Shown: positions 60,409 through 64,000 of the stretch, in pieces
Layout: each line of letters begins with the position of its first letter
How positions within the stretch are numbered: the first letter of the stretch is position 1
Assembly (NCBI GenBank): GCA_009995545.1
Contig: JAACPI010000001.1
Span: 115,698 to 179,697, forward strand
Direction: 5' to 3'
Source: a bacterium
Lineage (GTDB): Bacteria > Patescibacteriota > WWE3 > 2-01-FULL-39-13 > JAACPI01
Length of the DNA stretch: 64,000 nt
The notes under the pieces: generated by a model
The model's input: only the letters and a program-made list of their open reading frames with translations
Database searches by the model: none
What the model was told of the DNA's origin: nothing
Position numbers and translations under genes: made by a program

Positions 60409-61449
60409 ATGAACTTACTTGGTATAGATCTAGGATCTCAATATTTAAAATCGGTCGAAATTCAGAGAAATTCTGATGGTACAACAGAGCTGATTTCCTT
60501 ATCTAAGGTAGACATATCTGGCTTAGATATGTTTTCTGGTAAAGTCTTCGATCCTAAACCCATAACCGACTTTTTACGAGATTACGTGATGCAAAATAAA
60601 TATATTGGTAAATCTGTAAATTTGGGACTACCCTCTTCCTTAACTTATATCAGAATAGATTCTTTCCCTAAGCTTACTGGTAAGGAGTTAGAAAATGCCG
60701 TTAACTTAGAGTTACAAAATCAGACAGTTGTACCTTTAGCCGAGTCTAGTGTTAGTTTTCAAGTTTTGCCTAATTCTGGTAATACAGAAAAGACCGATGT
60801 TCTTTCCGTTATTGCACCAAAAACACTTACAAATAATCTTTTAGCTGTTATAAAAGACTCAGGTCTTAATCTGCAATCCATCGAACCCAATGTTTTAGGT
60901 ACTATAAGGGGTGTTTTAAACGAGGAGGCCGTTAACCCCGCCACAGTAGTTTTAGATATTGGGTATAAGTTCTCCGATATTTCGGTTTTTGCAGACAATG
61001 CTCTTAGATTTACTAGAAATGTTCCTACAGGAATGTCCTCTTTAATTAAAACTGTAGCTCAGGGTTTAAATTTGGAAGTAATTCAAGCCGAAGAATATAT
61101 TAAAACTTATGGACTCTCGGCGGAAAAGCTTAACGGTAAGGTAAGAGACGCAGCTGCTTCTGTAATAACCCTTCTTTTAGACGAAGTTAAAAGGTCAAAC
61201 ACCTTTTATGAAACAAGAGGCGGTAGCTCAAAAATTAAAAGACTTGTATTGGCAGGTGGCGGTGCCTATATTCCTGGATTAGTTGTACATGCTGCTAATT
61301 ATCTTGGCTTGGAGGTAGAAATAGCAAACCCTTGGGACCAAATAAGAAATTTAGGTGCCTACTCTAGTAACTTGGCCGATTTAGAGCCCCAAGCTCCTTT
61401 GTACACAACTTCTGTTGGTCTATCCCTTAAAAAATTGTTGGATAGTTAA
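60409..61449 (+). CDS. pilM: Type IV pilus assembly protein PilM (actin-like ATPase fold)
   Basis: 'MNLLGIDLGSQYLK' N-terminus and an actin-like fold; 346 aa. Confidence 0.85.
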   Translation: MNLLGIDLGSQYLKSVEIQRNSDGTTELISLSKVDISGLDMFSGKVFDPKPITDFLRDYVMQNKYIGKSVNLGLPSSLTYIRIDSFPKLTGKELENAVNLELQNQTVVPLAESSVSFQVLPNSGNTEKTDVLSVIAPKTLTNNLLAVIKDSGLNLQSIEPNVLGTIRGVLNEEAVNPATVVLDIGYKFSDISVFADNALRFTRNVPTGMSSLIKTVAQGLNLEVIQAEEYIKTYGLSAEKLNGKVRDAAASVITLLLDEVKRSNTFYETRGGSSKIKRLVLAGGGAYIPGLVVHAANYLGLEVEIANPWDQIRNLGAYSSNLADLEPQAPLYTTSVGLSLKKLLDS

Positions 61450-61488
61450 TACTTTCAAAAACAGTATTAACAATATAGAATATTAGTA

Positions 61489-62061
61489 ATGCCAGACAAT
61501 ATTAATCTAATTCCTTCTGAAGTAGTAAAAGAAAGGTCTCTAAAGAGGACTTACCTAAGAGTATTGTACGGGTCTTTGATTTTCTTAGTAATGATCTTGT
61601 TAGTTTTAGGAGTGGTGGTTTTTTTGCAGTCTAAATCTCAATCAGACTTAAATTTAACAAAATCAAGGATTAGTTCAAAGCAGGATGAGATTGAGAGTTT
61701 AAAGGATGTCGAGCGTAAAGCTTCCTCTTTAACTGCAAAGCTTAACTACATTGATCAACTACTGAAAAACAAAATTTATTTCTCTAAGATAATGAACGAG
61801 TTGGATTTAAAATCCAAGCCCGGTATAACTATCACACAGGCCAATGTAACTGATGCTTACACAGTTGAAATTACAGGTCTTTCTACTAGTACCACCACTT
61901 TACAGACATACATTAATGATTTGGTCAAAGAGCCCGATAACTTATTTTCCGATGCTAGAATCTTAGAAGTAAGTATAAAAGAAGGCTCTGGTCTTGCATC
62001 ATTTAAGGTTTCGGTTAAGGTGTCTAAAGAAGATTTAATAAAAACTACTGCATTAAAGTAA
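61489..62061 (+). CDS. pilN: Type IV pilus assembly protein PilN
   Basis: 'INLIPSEV' motif, a single TM helix and a coiled coil. Confidence 0.7.
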   Translation: MPDNINLIPSEVVKERSLKRTYLRVLYGSLIFLVMILLVLGVVVFLQSKSQSDLNLTKSRISSKQDEIESLKDVERKASSLTAKLNYIDQLLKNKIYFSKIMNELDLKSKPGITITQANVTDAYTVEITGLSTSTTTLQTYINDLVKEPDNLFSDARILEVSIKEGSGLASFKVSVKVSKEDLIKTTALK

Positions 62062-62063
62062 AA

Positions 62064-63074
62064 ATGGAAACAGGAATAGATAAAGAACAAATCGTAAAGG
62101 CTAAATACCAAGTAAAGGAGTATGCACAGTTGATACTATCTTTTTTGGTTTTTGTTGGGGCTATTTTATTATTTGTATTTGTTATAAAACCAACATTTGC
62201 AAAATATCAAAATAATAAACTAGAGATTACCAATCAACTAAGTCAAGAAATGCTCTTAGACAAAAAGTTGGCTGAATTGCAAAAGGCTAAAGAGCTTCAA
62301 TCTAGTATCGAAAGTAATATTTTATTAGCTAATCAAGCAGTCCCCGACGATTCAGATATACCTACAGTTATGGCAATGATTCAAGACGTGTCTTCTAAAT
62401 CGGGTGTGAAGGTATCTGCTTTTAGTTATATTGGTTTAGGTAACTCTGTAGTTGTAGTAGAAACCCCCACTCCCGCTGTTCCTCAAGATGGATCCTCAGG
62501 TGAGTCCCCTGTTAATAATGGTCTTGAATCTCCTGTGGATTCAGAATACTTCGATGCCTTTAACCTGAGTATTTCTGTTCTTGGAAAATTTGACAATCTT
62601 AAGGATTTTACAAAAAAAATCGAGAGTTCCCGAAGGGTTTTAGATATGAGTGGTTTTTCTTATAGTATTGAAAAAGAAAACGAACAAATAACTAGTGATT
62701 TTTATACTCTTAAAGTTCAATTGACTTCTTATTATAGGTCCTTTGCAAATGTGGCTCCCCTAGTAGCTCTAGATCAATATTCTGGAACTATCTCGGACCT
62801 AAATGAAATGGTTTACTACGAGGTAGATTTATCTAACACCACAATAGGCAGAGATGACCCATTTAAAACTAATAATGCTAACCCTAGCTCTGGTTCAACG
62901 TCAGGCTCTACTTTTTTTGGAGGTTCAGGTAGCGGAGGTACTACTACAAATTCTAGTGCTCCAAATCAAGAGAATCCCGGTGTAAATGTAGTAGAACCTG
63001 TTCCTGACCAAGGAGCTCAGACCGTAGACGTTCAGCAGATGCTTAAGGATATGGTTGCCAAAGAGGGTTTATAA
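62064..63074 (+). CDS. pilO: PilO-like pilus assembly protein with Gly/Ser/Thr-rich C-terminal tail
   Basis: N-terminal TM helix, a coiled coil and a PilO-like domain. The 'GSTSGSTFFGGSGSGGTTT' tail is unusual. Confidence 0.55.
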   Translation: METGIDKEQIVKAKYQVKEYAQLILSFLVFVGAILLFVFVIKPTFAKYQNNKLEITNQLSQEMLLDKKLAELQKAKELQSSIESNILLANQAVPDDSDIPTVMAMIQDVSSKSGVKVSAFSYIGLGNSVVVVETPTPAVPQDGSSGESPVNNGLESPVDSEYFDAFNLSISVLGKFDNLKDFTKKIESSRRVLDMSGFSYSIEKENEQITSDFYTLKVQLTSYYRSFANVAPLVALDQYSGTISDLNEMVYYEVDLSNTTIGRDDPFKTNNANPSSGSTSGSTFFGGSGSGGTTTNSSAPNQENPGVNVVEPVPDQGAQTVDVQQMLKDMVAKEGL

Positions 63075-63713
63075 ACTAGGTTTAAATCTAGAATTGGCTT
63101 TTCTCCAATCTTCAATTTCTTTATGATTTCCCTCTGTTAGAACTTTAGGTACTTCTGTAGAGTCGTACAGCGCGGGTTTAGTGTAAACTGGGTGTTTAGA
63201 CAAGACGTTCTTACCATAAGATTCTTTTTCGGTAGATTCTAGTTTCCCTAAAACTCCGGGTATTAGTCTAATAGCACTTTCTATCAGACACAAAGAAGGA
63301 GCTTCTCCACCCATAGTTATAAATTCACCTATACTAATCTTATAGTCCACATATTTAAAAACTCTTTCATCAAAGCCCTCATAACGGCCATTTAAAATTG
63401 TTACTGATGAAGATTTTGAAATTAGAATTGCAGTTTTCTGGCTGTATAGATCTCCTTTTGCGGTTAAGGCTATTACCTTACCCTTATTTTTAAGGGAATC
63501 CAGTGCTTTTTTAACCACGTCTACTTTGATAACCATCCCCGCTCCCCCACCGTACTGTGTGTCGTCTATTCTTGGAAACCTACCTACCCCAAATAATTTT
63601 AAATCAACAATATTAAATTCTATTATGTTATTGTTGATGGCTTTTTTTACAAGTGATGTATTTATAAAAGAATCGTAGAATTCAGGGAAAGCGGTAACAA
63701 TATTTATGAGCAT
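63069..63713 (-). CDS. trmD: tRNA (guanine37-N1)-methyltransferase TrmD
   Basis: 'GGGAGMV', 'ILNGRYEGFDERV' and 'GGEAPSLCLIESAIRLIPGVLG' SPOUT-knot motifs. Confidence 0.9.
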   Translation of the reverse strand: MLINIVTAFPEFYDSFINTSLVKKAINNNIIEFNIVDLKLFGVGRFPRIDDTQYGGGAGMVIKVDVVKKALDSLKNKGKVIALTAKGDLYSQKTAILISKSSSVTILNGRYEGFDERVFKYVDYKISIGEFITMGGEAPSLCLIESAIRLIPGVLGKLESTEKESYGKNVLSKHPVYTKPALYDSTEVPKVLTEGNHKEIEDWRKANSRFKPSL

Positions 63714-63717
63714 TTTT

Positions 63718-64000
63718 TTACTCTTTATTGTCAGCTGTAGAAGATTCTGGCTCTCTATCGTCTATATTTAGATTAATTTTAATCCCGTCTTTAACAGCCT
63801 TAACTTTAAGTATATTTTTAATGTTATTTATCATTTTTCCCCCTCTTCCAATAATAACACCGTAGTCATTGGGATTGGCTTTAATATATAAGTTAACTAT
63901 TGTTCCATCAACTTCTTCTCTAATCTCTACCTCTTTGGGGTTATCAACCAAAACGGTTATTATTTTTTCTAAAGGCTCTTTGTAATTAAATGAATCTTTC
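63718..64000 (-). CDS. KH-domain RNA-binding protein (YlqC/UPF0109-like), 5' end beyond window
   Basis: 'GVIIGRGGKMINNIKNIL' is a KH GXXG motif. The reading frame stays open to the window edge ('…LEKIITVLVDNPKEV'), so the gene is partial. Confidence 0.7.
   Translation of the reverse strand, partial: KDSFNYKEPLEKIITVLVDNPKEVEIREEVDGTIVNLYIKANPNDYGVIIGRGGKMINNIKNILKVKAVKDGIKINLNIDDREPESSTADNKE

Overview
AT-rich (~33-36% GC by eye), tightly packed bacterial chromosome segment in which TGA clearly acts as a stop (for example the ATGA stop/start junction at 1027-1030), so the standard code applies. Short housekeeping proteins with lineage-specific insertions or extensions suggest a reduced-genome, CPR/Patescibacteria-like organism (inference). 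Recognisable housekeeping genes: rpmE, rel/spoT, dnaB, lspA, an RluA-family synthase, rpsB, tsf, tgt, a YebC-like gene, greA, rnhB, gyrA, ppa, gyrB, trmD and a partial KH-domain gene at the right edge. Other notable content is listed below.
- 332-4443: a 7-TM membrane protein followed by three tandem RimK-type ATP-grasp ligases; the first carries a C-terminal retropepsin-like (DTGA) domain. This looks like a candidate peptide-ligation/tagging system.
- 4774-6217 and 15383-16066: two GC-rich (foreign-looking) genes, each broken by an unusual lesion. One has a +1 frameshift exactly at a G10 tract; the other has an in-frame TGA followed by 92 further sense codons.
- 29752-30668: a 0.9-kb non-coding, repeat-dense region at a point of convergent transcription, ending in a + strand terminator and containing a dif-like 11-6-11 palindrome. 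A Xer-like tyrosine recombinase and an excisionase-HTH/CYTH fusion lie about 4 kb away.
- 38502-45670: a minus-strand gyrB / membrane protein / ppa / gyrA operon.
- 45872-63074: a complete type IV pilus locus (pilB, pilT, pilC, major pilin with terminator, pilD, seven more prepilin-like genes, a 1195-aa Cys-rich secreted repeat protein, pilM, pilN, pilO).
No rRNA, tRNA or CRISPR array was recognised.
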